This document shows, in pieces, positions 9,014 to 17,670 of a stretch of 64,000 nt of DNA (position 1 is the stretch's first letter; every line of letters starts with the position of its first letter). Source of the DNA: Polyangiales bacterium (GTDB lineage: Bacteria > Myxococcota_A > Polyangia > Polyangiales > Ga0077539). The stretch is from positions 192,001 to 256,000 of the forward strand of contig JBGARZ010000010.1 in assembly GCA_044229975.1 (NCBI GenBank), written 5' to 3'. A program made the translations under genes and the position numbers. Under the pieces are notes generated by a model. That model searched no databases and was not told the origin of the DNA. It was given only the letters and a program-made list of their open reading frames with translations.

Positions 9014-9868
9014 CTACCGAATCACCCCCACAAACACCACCGCCCCCAACGCCAGCGCCGCGTAGCGATACCGCAGCCGCACCGCGCGCAACCCCCGCCG
9101 CTCGCCCCGTCGCACCAGCGCTACGATCGTCGCCAGCCACCACGCCGCGAAGGCCGCCGTCGCTCCCGCGAGCGCCCACCGCCCCGCGACGCCGCGCGCG
9201 AGCCACCACGTCACCACCGGCAGCGCCGCGAGCCCGATGGACGCCGCGAGCAGCGCACCGCGCACGCCCGTCACCACGGCCACGGTGAACACTTCACCCG
9301 CCAGATCGTCGTCGCGGTCTTCGGCTTCGTGCAGGAGCTGGCTCACCACCAGGAGCAGCGCGAAGAGCGCGACGAGCAGGCGCAGCGGAGCGCTGGGTGA
9401 GCGCGGCGTGTCGGCCAGGAAGAGGCCGGGGAGGGCGATGACGACGTTCCAGAGCGTGCCGAGGACGGGGACGCGCTTGAGGCGCGGCGGCGCGGAGTAC
9501 ACCGTGGCGGCGACGAGCAGCAGCAGCGTCGGGACGAGGCCCGCGGGCGAGAGCCACGCCGACAGCGCGACCGAGAGCAGCGCCGGCGGAACGGAGAGCA
9601 GCAGGGCCTCGCGGCGACCGAAGCGGAGGCCGACGGGGTTCTTTCCGGCGCGCTGATCGAGGCGATCATCGAAGGCCTGGTTGACCGCCGACATGAAGGC
9701 GAGGGCCATGGTCCAGGCGGCGAGCCCGCCGACGAGGGAGCGCACGCTGCGGGTGTCGCCCGCGCACCAACCGGCCAGCGGGAGCGGGAGGAAGTGCACC
9801 CAGTCGAGCACGCGATAGAGGCGCGCGAGGTCAGCCACGCTGAGCGGTGCGGCGCGGGTTCCGATCAC
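9014..9868 (-). CDS. UbiA-family prenyltransferase (membrane)
   Basis: NQAFDDRLD...KNP, YSAPPRLKRVP and HEAEDRDDD motifs; many TM segments. GTG start overlaps the upstream stop (GTGA). Confidence 0.8.
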   Translation of the reverse strand: MIGTRAAPLSVADLARLYRVLDWVHFLPLPLAGWCAGDTRSVRSLVGGLAAWTMALAFMSAVNQAFDDRLDQRAGKNPVGLRFGRREALLLSVPPALLSVALSAWLSPAGLVPTLLLLVAATVYSAPPRLKRVPVLGTLWNVVIALPGLFLADTPRSPSAPLRLLVALFALLLVVSQLLHEAEDRDDDLAGEVFTVAVVTGVRGALLAASIGLAALPVVTWWLARGVAGRWALAGATAAFAAWWLATIVALVRRGERRGLRAVRLRYRYAALALGAVVFVGVIR

Positions 9869-10887
9869 GGCGCGGAGGTCCCGAGGGCGACGTCGACGGC
9901 GGAGAGGAGGAGGCGCACGTCGAGGTCGAGGATGCGGTTGACCTCGTACGACGGAACGCACGCGCAGCCGGGCCCGGTGGGCGGTGCGAGCTCGTCGAAG
10001 GCGCGGGTGAAGCCGCGCGCGCGGCCGTTGCCGGGCGTGACCTGGGCGCGGGTGAGGAGGCAGTGGGAGACGGTTCCGTCGCTGAAGACGTAGCCGTAGT
10101 AGGTGCCCGCCCAGCAGTGGTCGCAGTCGAGCAGGTAGCGCTGCCCCTCCTGGCGGGCGAGGGAGGCGTCGGAGTTGCCGACGGGCGCGCCCTCGCGCTT
10201 CCGGGCGCGGAGGTGACGCGCGAGCGAGGCGATGCGCTCGTGGCGGATGGACGGGGCGATGGGGCGCAGGACGTCCATGGCGGCGTCGTGTTCGAGCTGG
10301 AAGAAGGCGCGGATGCCGTGGGCGCGCGCGACATCGAGGACGTGGTCGACGTGATCGACGCCGGCCGCGGTGAGCACGGTCATGGTGACGACGGCGACGT
10401 CGCGCGAGCGGAGCGTGTCGATGGCGCGCAACACGCGGGCGTACGAACCAGCATGGCGCTGGCGGTCGTGGAGGCTCTCGGGGCCATCGAGGGTGACGCA
10501 CGCGAGGTCGAGCCCGGCGAGCTCATCGATGCGATCGGGGACGAGCCAGCCGTTGGTGTTCATCGACGCATGAACGCCGCGCTGCTTGAGGTGACGGAGC
10601 ACGTCGGCGAGGCCGCGGTAGAGGAGGGGTTCACCGCCGATGAGGCTGGCGCGGCCCATGCCGCCGGCGTGGAGGTCGTCGATGGCCGCGATCCATTCGG
10701 AGGGCGACATCTCCTCGATGCGCTGAAGCGGGATGTGGCAATAGTCGCAGCGGAAATTGCAGCGGTTGGTGAGCGAGAGCGTCACCTGGAAGGGGCTCTT
10801 GCGGCGCGTGACACGGCGGGCTCCGAGCTGGAGAAGCGGGAGCGCCCGGCGGGCGATGGAGTGCAGCGTGGTGGGTTCGCTGCTCAT
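9865..10887 (-). CDS. Radical SAM protein with a C-terminal SPASM/twitch-like Cys cluster
   Basis: LTNRCNFRCDYC, GGEPLL, NTNG, TLDG; C-terminal CDHCWAG...DGTVSHC...CAC. Confidence 0.92.
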   Translation of the reverse strand: MSSEPTTLHSIARRALPLLQLGARRVTRRKSPFQVTLSLTNRCNFRCDYCHIPLQRIEEMSPSEWIAAIDDLHAGGMGRASLIGGEPLLYRGLADVLRHLKQRGVHASMNTNGWLVPDRIDELAGLDLACVTLDGPESLHDRQRHAGSYARVLRAIDTLRSRDVAVVTMTVLTAAGVDHVDHVLDVARAHGIRAFFQLEHDAAMDVLRPIAPSIRHERIASLARHLRARKREGAPVGNSDASLARQEGQRYLLDCDHCWAGTYYGYVFSDGTVSHCLLTRAQVTPGNGRARGFTRAFDELAPPTGPGCACVPSYEVNRILDLDVRLLLSAVDVALGTSAP

Positions 10888-10954
10888 CGCCGGGCGACGC
10901 TAGCAACGCGCCGCGCGGAGGGTCAAGGCGCGTACCATCGCGGCATCTCACCCG

Positions 10955-12244
10955 ATGCCCCTCTTCCCTCGTCGCCTGCCCCGCGGTCAGCTCTACTTCG
11001 AGCCGCTAGGCGTCCTCGCCGACGCCGTCCGCCGGCTCGGACCGACGCCTCCCGCGGGCTCCGTCGTCCGCCGCTTCGAGCGCGCCTTCGCCGATGAGCT
11101 CGACGCCCCCGCGGCCGTGGCGCTACCCCACGCGCGCGTGGCGCTCCACTACCTCCTGCAGGTGCTCGCGCTGCCGCGCGGCAGTGAAGTCGCGATGACC
11201 CCGGTGACCATCCCCGAGATCGTCTCGGTCGTGCTCATGGCGGGCCTCGTCCCGGTCTTCGTCGACCTCGCGCCGTACACCTGCAACATCGACTGCGACG
11301 ACCTCGCGCGGAAGATCACACCCCGCACCCGCCTCCTCCTCCTCACCCACCTCGGCGGCCTCCCCTCCGAGATGGACTGCGTGATGGCCCTCGCCGCGCA
11401 ACACAACCTGGAGGTGCTGGAGGACTGCTCGCAGGTTCCGGCCACGCGCTATCGCGGCCGTGCGCTCGGTCTCTTCGGTCGCGCGGGCTTCATGAGCCTC
11501 ACGCCGCTCAAGCCGGTCTCCACCTTCCACGGCGGCATGACCATCACCCACGACCGCGCCCTCGAACGCGAGCTCCGCCGCCTCGTCGACGGGTCGCCGC
11601 CGCCGCTGCCGCCGCGCGAGATGCTGCGGCTGCTCGTGCGCGACCAGGTGCTGCACGCGACGACGCACCCGACGGTGTTCTCGCGACTCACCTGGTACGG
11701 GGTGCGCGCGGGCGAGGCGCTGCGCCCGGAGGTGGTGCGCGAGTTTCAGCGGGGCAATCTGTTCAACGACCCGGCGCGGCGACGACGGGTGGTGCGGCTC
11801 GACCGGCTGCCCGATCGGATGCTGGCGCGCTACTCGGACCTGCAAGCGGCCATGGGGCTGCGCGGGCTGCGCACGCTCGCGGCGGGCAACGTGCGTCGGC
11901 GGGAGCTGTCACTGCTGCTATTGGGGCTGCTGCGCGACGCGGGTATTGCGGGGCTCGTGCGCATCCCGGTGGATGAGGGCGACTGCACGTTCTGGCGCTT
12001 CCCGCTGTGGGTGGAGGAGGCATCGCGCATCCCGGCGCTGCGACGGCGACTGCTCGCGCGCGGGGTTGATACGTCGCCGACGAACCTGGAGTGCTGCTCG
12101 CGCGAGGCGGCCTTCGTGGAGCGCAACGCCGACACGCCTGAAGCGCGGAAGTATGTGGATGGGATGATCTTCCTGCCGATGCACCCGGCGCTCACCGAGG
12201 CGGACGTCCGCCGCATCGCGCGCGAGGTGGCCGAGGTCACGTAG
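10955..12244 (+). CDS. DegT/DnrJ/EryC1/StrS-family PLP aminotransferase-like protein
   Basis: FERAFA, PVFVD, THLGG, VLEDCSQ, FMSLTPLKPVSTFHGGM, LPMHPAL. Confidence 0.85.
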   Translation: MPLFPRRLPRGQLYFEPLGVLADAVRRLGPTPPAGSVVRRFERAFADELDAPAAVALPHARVALHYLLQVLALPRGSEVAMTPVTIPEIVSVVLMAGLVPVFVDLAPYTCNIDCDDLARKITPRTRLLLLTHLGGLPSEMDCVMALAAQHNLEVLEDCSQVPATRYRGRALGLFGRAGFMSLTPLKPVSTFHGGMTITHDRALERELRRLVDGSPPPLPPREMLRLLVRDQVLHATTHPTVFSRLTWYGVRAGEALRPEVVREFQRGNLFNDPARRRRVVRLDRLPDRMLARYSDLQAAMGLRGLRTLAAGNVRRRELSLLLLGLLRDAGIAGLVRIPVDEGDCTFWRFPLWVEEASRIPALRRRLLARGVDTSPTNLECCSREAAFVERNADTPEARKYVDGMIFLPMHPALTEADVRRIAREVAEVT

Positions 12245-12281
12245 TACTTCGCCACAGGGGACCTGGAGGGTCGGAGAAGGA

Positions 12282-12372
12282 CCGCAAGGGTCGCAAGGGT
12301 CGCAAGGGTCAGAGGGATGGATACGAGGTGAAGGTCTCTCGCTCGAACGGCTCTTCCCTTGCGTCCCTTGCG
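12282..12372. repeat. Short intergenic 9-bp tandem repeat (CGCAAGGGT x3) with inverted copies (CCCTTGCG x2)
   Basis: Seen directly downstream of the aminotransferase stop; could form a stem-loop. Confidence 0.55.
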
Positions 12373-12480
12373 CGCTGGCGGCCCTTCTCCGAACACGCGT
12401 CGCCCGTCGCTCCGCGACGGTGAGGGGCGTTGGGCTGACGTGAGCGGGTGCTCCGATCGTTCGCGCACTCCCGCTCCCCT

Positions 12481-14325
12481 ATGGCATCGTCGCGCCCCGC
12501 CGTGCGACCCCTTCAGCTCCGCTCGCTTCTCCCCCTGCTCCTCGCCCTCGGCTGCGCCGCGCCCGCGGCCTTCGCTCCCGCCGACGCGGGCGCTCGCCGC
12601 GATGGCACCGCCCTCGATGGCAACGCCGCCTGTGGCCTCTGCGCGGGCCGCTCGTACACGCCCTGCAACGCCGACGGAACACCCGGCCTGCCCGTCGGCT
12701 GCCCCGGCGCGTGCTCGCCCGGCCGCGGGTGTGCGACGTGCGTCCCGGGCCAGTCGGTGTGCGTCGGCAACGACGTGCATCGCTGCGGCGACGACGGTGA
12801 GCCCGGCGCCGTCACCGAGTCCTGCGACGTCGCCAACGCCATGCTCTGCCGCAACGGCGCGTGCGTGTCGGCCTGTCAGACAGCGGAGAACCAGCCTTCC
12901 AACGTCGGCTGCGAGTTCTGGGCGGTCGACCTCGACCAGCAGGACGCCCTCAACGACCCGGCGAGCGCACCGTGGGGCGTCGCCCTCTCCAACGTCGGCG
13001 AGTCGCCCGCGCGTGTCACCGTCGAGATCAACACCGCGCCCGTGGGACAGCCCATCCAGACCACGGTCATCGCCCAGGAGACGGTGAACCCCGGCAGCCT
13101 CCGCCCGCTCGTCCTCCCGACGCGTGAGCTCGACTGCGGCGCGCGACCCAACGACTACGCCGCGCCCGGCACCTGCCTGTCGTCCAACGCGTTTCGCATC
13201 CGGTCGACGTCGCCGATCATCGTCTATCAGTTCAACACCTTCTCCAATTCGTTCTCCAACGACGCGTCGCTGCTGCTGCCCGCCAACTCCCTCGGCCGCG
13301 TGTACCGCGCCATCGGGTGGTCGGCCGGGCACCCGATCCCGCTGCTGGGCATCATCGATCGCGCGTACGTCACGGTGGTCGGCGTGCGACCCAACACCCG
13401 CGTCACGGTGCGGCCGACGTGGCGAATCCGCGGCAACGCCCCGATCATGGCGACCATGCCGGGCGGCGAGATCGTCGCGACCCTCGGGCCCTTCGACGTG
13501 CTCAACCTGGAGACCGCCGACGGCGCCTTCGGCGACGACCTCACCACCATCGCCGACCTCAGCGGAACCTCCGTCGTCACCACCGAACCCGTCGCCGTCT
13601 TCTCCGGGACGGAGTCGTCCATCGCGCCCGGCGGCGCGCTGGAGGTGCCGCGACCCCCGGGCAAGCCCGGTCAGACGTGCTGCCTCGATCACCTCGAAGA
13701 GCAGATGTTTCCGGTGGAGTCCATCGGCACGCGCTACGTGATCCCGCGCAGCGCGGTGCGGTCGACCTCCAGCTTCCGCGAGCCCGACGTCCTGCGCTTC
13801 GTCGGCGCCGCCGAAAACGCGACCGTCACCACCACGCTGCCGGCGCCCTTCGACTCGTTCACGCTGCGCCCCGGCGAGGTGCGCACCACCTGGACGCAAG
13901 ACAACGTCATCGTCTCCTCCGACCGGCCCATCGTCGTGGGGCAGATCCTCGTGAGCAACGGCTACGTCGACGGGCCCTCCATCGGCGACCCGTCGCTCAC
14001 CGTGTTTCCCCCGGTGGATCAGTTTCGCGCGGACTACATCATCCTGACGCCTCCCGGGTGGACGCAGAGCTGGGGCGTCGTCGTCGCCGAGGTCGGCGCC
14101 GAGGTGACCATCGACGGGCGCGCCCCCACCGGGTGCATCGTCGAGCCCGCGGGCCCCCTTGGTGGGGTCACGTACGAATCGCGGCGGTGCCCGCTCAGCG
14201 ACGGCGTGCACCGGCTCGCGGGCGACCGTCCGTTTGGCGTGGTGGTGTACGGCTACGGCGGCGCCGGGTCGTACGCCTTCGTGGGCGGGGCCGACGTGCG
14301 GCGCATCTACGACCCGCCCGGCTGA
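12481..14325 (+). CDS. Lipoprotein with an IgGFc-binding-protein N-terminal-like domain
   Basis: Lipobox LLLALGC; SNVGCEFWAVDLD, PIIVYQFN, SNDASLLLP, DHLEEQMFP, GDPSL, SYAFVGG. Confidence 0.85.
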   Translation: MASSRPAVRPLQLRSLLPLLLALGCAAPAAFAPADAGARRDGTALDGNAACGLCAGRSYTPCNADGTPGLPVGCPGACSPGRGCATCVPGQSVCVGNDVHRCGDDGEPGAVTESCDVANAMLCRNGACVSACQTAENQPSNVGCEFWAVDLDQQDALNDPASAPWGVALSNVGESPARVTVEINTAPVGQPIQTTVIAQETVNPGSLRPLVLPTRELDCGARPNDYAAPGTCLSSNAFRIRSTSPIIVYQFNTFSNSFSNDASLLLPANSLGRVYRAIGWSAGHPIPLLGIIDRAYVTVVGVRPNTRVTVRPTWRIRGNAPIMATMPGGEIVATLGPFDVLNLETADGAFGDDLTTIADLSGTSVVTTEPVAVFSGTESSIAPGGALEVPRPPGKPGQTCCLDHLEEQMFPVESIGTRYVIPRSAVRSTSSFREPDVLRFVGAAENATVTTTLPAPFDSFTLRPGEVRTTWTQDNVIVSSDRPIVVGQILVSNGYVDGPSIGDPSLTVFPPVDQFRADYIILTPPGWTQSWGVVVAEVGAEVTIDGRAPTGCIVEPAGPLGGVTYESRRCPLSDGVHRLAGDRPFGVVVYGYGGAGSYAFVGGADVRRIYDPPG

Positions 14326-14361
14326 GTTACTGTCGCGTCCGCTCCGACGGAGGGCCCGCGC

Positions 14362-15744
14362 ATGGCTGACCAACACGACGAACCCGACAACCCCAACGTC
14401 CCCGGTCACGAGTGGTTCGGGCCGCTCTCGCTGCAACCGCTCAAGCAGTTGGGGAAGTTCGTCAACGAGTGCGACGACTTCACCAAGGAGCTGCGCGTCG
14501 AGAGCCGGTCGTCGGTCTTCAAGGCCCACCCCGGCATCAAGAGCACCTTCATCACCGACATGGCGGGCCTGGAGTTCGTCTTCGACGCGAAGCCCGAAGA
14601 GCTCGACCGACTCAAGGACGAGCACCCGGGCTTCGGCGGCCTGGCGTTCAACCCCCAGATGCTCGGCGACGTGGTGCCCGCGCTCATGACCCACGCGGGC
14701 AATCACGCTCCGGCGCGCAAGCTCATCCTGGAGGTGCTGAAGCTGCGCCGCGCGTCCTTCAAGCCCGCCTGCGAGAAGGTGCTCCACTACGGCATCCCGA
14801 TGCTGCGCGAGGCGCCCCGCGGCACCCCGGTGAACTTCCAGCACGCGATGCACCACGCGGCCATCAGCATCTGCTTCGAGTGGCTCTTCGACCTCACCCT
14901 CGACTCCCCGACCGCGGGCGCCGACGCCGAGAGCTGGATCAAGGGGTGTTTCAGCCTGAGGTCCGATCAGCCCATCGCCAACGCGCTCGCCCGCCTCGTG
15001 GGCCGACTCAAGAACGGCCCCAACGCCAGACAGCGCGACTACGGCGCCAGGACGATGGACGCCATCCGCGGCAGCGCGCCGTACTCGTCCTTCGTCGAGG
15101 TCGCGCGCCAGGTGGGGGTGCCCGAGAACGACGTCGCGGCGCACCTGATGTTCGCGGCCAGCTTCAACGCCACCGGCGGCGCGTGGTCGACGCTGCACCC
15201 GGCCCTCGCGCAGCTCTCCGTCGACGCCGTCACGCGCGCCCGGCTGGCGAAAGAACTCCTCGCGTTTCGCGGCACCGTCTACGAGCTCGACAAGCTCCCG
15301 CACCTCCACGATTTCTTCCTGGAGTCGATGCGCCTCTTCGGCCGTCCGCGTCACTACTACCGCCGCGCGAAGGTCGACCTCGACATCCCCGTGAGCGTCG
15401 GCCCGTCGGTTCACGTCAAGGCAGGCACCACGCTCTGCCTGGTCGCCACCAGCGCCCGCCAGGACCGCACCGTGTGGGGCGACGACGCTGCCATCTTCGA
15501 CCCCGAGCGCTACGCCCGCAAGCCCGAGCTGCGCGCCCGCGTCCACCCCTTCGGCCCGTCACCGAGCTCGCCCAGCCAGTACGGCTGCGCGGGCATGGAA
15601 GACCACGTCGCGGCGATTCTCTGGAAGACGCTCGCCGCCGCGCTCGGCCGCTCCGTCGACTGGAAGCTGTCGCCCTGGCCCGAGCCCGACGTCGACGCCT
15701 TCGCCGGCGTGCGCCCCGCCGAGTTCAAGTGGGTGCGCGAGTAG
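14362..15744 (+). CDS. Cytochrome P450, CYP74-clan-like (allene oxide synthase / hydroperoxide lyase / epoxyalcohol synthase type)
   Basis: ExxR (ESMR), PERF-like FDPERY, heme Cys in PFGPSPSSPSQYGCAG with a loop insertion. I-helix FAASFNATGG has Asn in place of the AGxxT motif. N-terminal VPG..FGP and SSVFK resemble plant CYP74. Confidence 0.82.
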   Translation: MADQHDEPDNPNVPGHEWFGPLSLQPLKQLGKFVNECDDFTKELRVESRSSVFKAHPGIKSTFITDMAGLEFVFDAKPEELDRLKDEHPGFGGLAFNPQMLGDVVPALMTHAGNHAPARKLILEVLKLRRASFKPACEKVLHYGIPMLREAPRGTPVNFQHAMHHAAISICFEWLFDLTLDSPTAGADAESWIKGCFSLRSDQPIANALARLVGRLKNGPNARQRDYGARTMDAIRGSAPYSSFVEVARQVGVPENDVAAHLMFAASFNATGGAWSTLHPALAQLSVDAVTRARLAKELLAFRGTVYELDKLPHLHDFFLESMRLFGRPRHYYRRAKVDLDIPVSVGPSVHVKAGTTLCLVATSARQDRTVWGDDAAIFDPERYARKPELRARVHPFGPSPSSPSQYGCAGMEDHVAAILWKTLAAALGRSVDWKLSPWPEPDVDAFAGVRPAEFKWVRE

Positions 15745-15753
15745 GCGCGGGCG

Positions 15754-15977
15754 CCGGAGTTCGCGTGCCCCCATGAGCCGGGGTGCAGTCGCTCACTCCG
15801 GGCTATTTCACGTGCTCACCTCGCGGCGCGAGGTTGCGGTAGCTCGGGGTTGCCGATGAACGGTCAATGGGTCGTCCATTGAGGTCAGTGCTGCAACCCC
15901 GCGCCGCGGGGTGACAACCTGAAATAGCCCGGAGTGAGCGACTGCACCCCGGCTCATGGGAGGCACGCGAACTCCGG
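15754..15977. repeat. Second long palindrome (REPIN-like) between convergent genes
   Basis: Arms 15754-15838 and 15891-15977 (~85 bp, few mismatches, one indel) with a ~52-bp loop. Core TCACCCCG...CGGGGTTGCAG is shared with the 6513 element. Confidence 0.88.
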
Positions 15978-16006
15978 GGCCCACCGCGCGCTCGGATGAG
16001 CCCCGA

Positions 16007-17647
16007 TCAGATGGAGACGCCGGTCTCCAGGTAGCGCGGGTTGAAGGTCTCGCACGGCCACGGGCGCTCCGGGTCGGCCTTGCGGCGGACGTTGGCGGCG
16101 TCGATGTCGGCGGACAGCGCCGCGAGGGCGTCGTGGAAGCGCGCGAAGGCGGCGCGGCCGAGGTGGTCGGCGTCGAAGACCCCGGCGGCGTCGCCGAGGT
16201 CCATGAGCTGGGGCATCTGGAGGCCCGTGAGCGCCATCACGAGCAGCGCCTGCATCGACGCCTGGATGTCGGACATCTCCTGCCCCGCGCGAATCTTGGT
16301 GCCCATGAACGTCGGGTCGAGCACGTACTCGTGCACGGTGCCGACGGCCTCGTGCAGCCCCGTCACGCTCCAGATGAACTGCGCGAGCACGTCGATGAGC
16401 GACTCCCGCGAACGCCCCGGAAACTTCACCGTGGCGGGCGCGGTGTTGAGGTGGTTCCAGAAGCCGATGACGGCGAGGTCGTCCATGACGGCCTTCTCGT
16501 CCTTCGCATACTGGCCGATGTAATCGACCACGAACGCGTGGATCACCTCGTACAGCTTCAGCGCGTCGGTGGCCCACGGAAACCGGTCGCCCATCCCCGC
16601 GGCCTTCTTGTGCTCGATGAGCTGCGGCACCGTGTAGAAGCGCATGAGCCCGACCGCGTCGCCGAAGGCGTGCGTGAGGGCGTCGTATTCGAGCGCGCTC
16701 GACCGGTGCACGAACCCGCGCTCGGGGCACAGCGTGTCGCACGCCCCGGCGTTGATGGTGATGGTCCGCCAGGTGAAGGGCTTGAGCAGCAGCCGCAGGT
16801 AGTGCGTGGGCGGCAGCTTGATGCGCGCCGCGGTGGTCACGTAGTTGGCGATGATCCAGTGCACGCCGACGAGGTGATCGACCACCGTGGTGCCGACCAT
16901 CAACGAGCACCGCCAGGCCCACTTCGCGTGCTCCCACTCCCGGTTGATCGGCTGCCCCGGCTTCGGGGGATGGACCCACCGCTTCCCTTCGCTCCAGAAG
17001 ATCGCGATGGGCTTCTGGTCGGCGTCGAAGACCGCGCGCGCCCCGTAGTGCTCGAAGCCGTCGCGAACCTTGTACCGCGAGAGGAAGGTCAGGTCGTGCT
17101 GCCACGTCGCGCCGACGAGCTCCCTGGCGGGGTCGTCCGTGGCCTGCTTGTAGGGCAGCAGTCGCAGCGCGGCGAGCCCGGCAAACGCGAGCCGCGACAT
17201 GGCGGCGTCGGACTGCATCTCGTCCCAGTGGTGGTACGGCCGGGCCATGTACGAGCCGAGCGGCAGAACCTTCTGGAAGGTGTCGCGCGCCTCTTCCGCG
17301 CTCCCCCACCGCTCCTTCGGGTCGGTCACCGGGAAGAAGTAGTTGTTGCGCAGCAGCCACAGGAAGGCGCGCCGCTTCCAGTCGGCCGCGGGCCAGTCCT
17401 CATCCTCCTTGGGGAGTTGCAGCCGGTTGTCGTCGCTGCCGAAGGGCATCGGCAGGAGATCGGTCTTGCCCGACAGGCGCGGCGGCCGGACCTTGTCGAC
17501 CGTGGGCAGGTCGCTCTTCCACTGCTTGATCGCCCCTTTGATCATCTTGAGGAACAGCCGCGTGTGGCGGTCGAGCTTCTTCACGCGAACCGACGCGGCG
17601 CCGTAGGTGATGGCGGCGTCCGTGGTGGCGAGGGCGGCGGTGGACAT
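16007..17647 (-). CDS. Lipoxygenase (catalytic domain only)
   Basis: WEHAK, DHLVGVH (H-x4-H), HYLRLLLKPF, TITINAGA, TGLHEAVG, C-terminal GVSI (terminal Ile metal ligand). Confidence 0.92.
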   Translation of the reverse strand: MSTAALATTDAAITYGAASVRVKKLDRHTRLFLKMIKGAIKQWKSDLPTVDKVRPPRLSGKTDLLPMPFGSDDNRLQLPKEDEDWPAADWKRRAFLWLLRNNYFFPVTDPKERWGSAEEARDTFQKVLPLGSYMARPYHHWDEMQSDAAMSRLAFAGLAALRLLPYKQATDDPARELVGATWQHDLTFLSRYKVRDGFEHYGARAVFDADQKPIAIFWSEGKRWVHPPKPGQPINREWEHAKWAWRCSLMVGTTVVDHLVGVHWIIANYVTTAARIKLPPTHYLRLLLKPFTWRTITINAGACDTLCPERGFVHRSSALEYDALTHAFGDAVGLMRFYTVPQLIEHKKAAGMGDRFPWATDALKLYEVIHAFVVDYIGQYAKDEKAVMDDLAVIGFWNHLNTAPATVKFPGRSRESLIDVLAQFIWSVTGLHEAVGTVHEYVLDPTFMGTKIRAGQEMSDIQASMQALLVMALTGLQMPQLMDLGDAAGVFDADHLGRAAFARFHDALAALSADIDAANVRRKADPERPWPCETFNPRYLETGVSI

Positions 17648-17670
17648 ACCGCCCACTGTATCAAAGGTCG

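Noticed and set aside
11830..15546. 1238-aa minus-strand ORF, and similar long ORFs such as 25466-29278, 23016-25961, 42468-45098 and 8-1729
   Set aside because: Antisense or off-frame shadows of well-supported genes. Stop codons are scarce at this GC content, and the translations are Arg/Ala/Gly-rich with no motifs.
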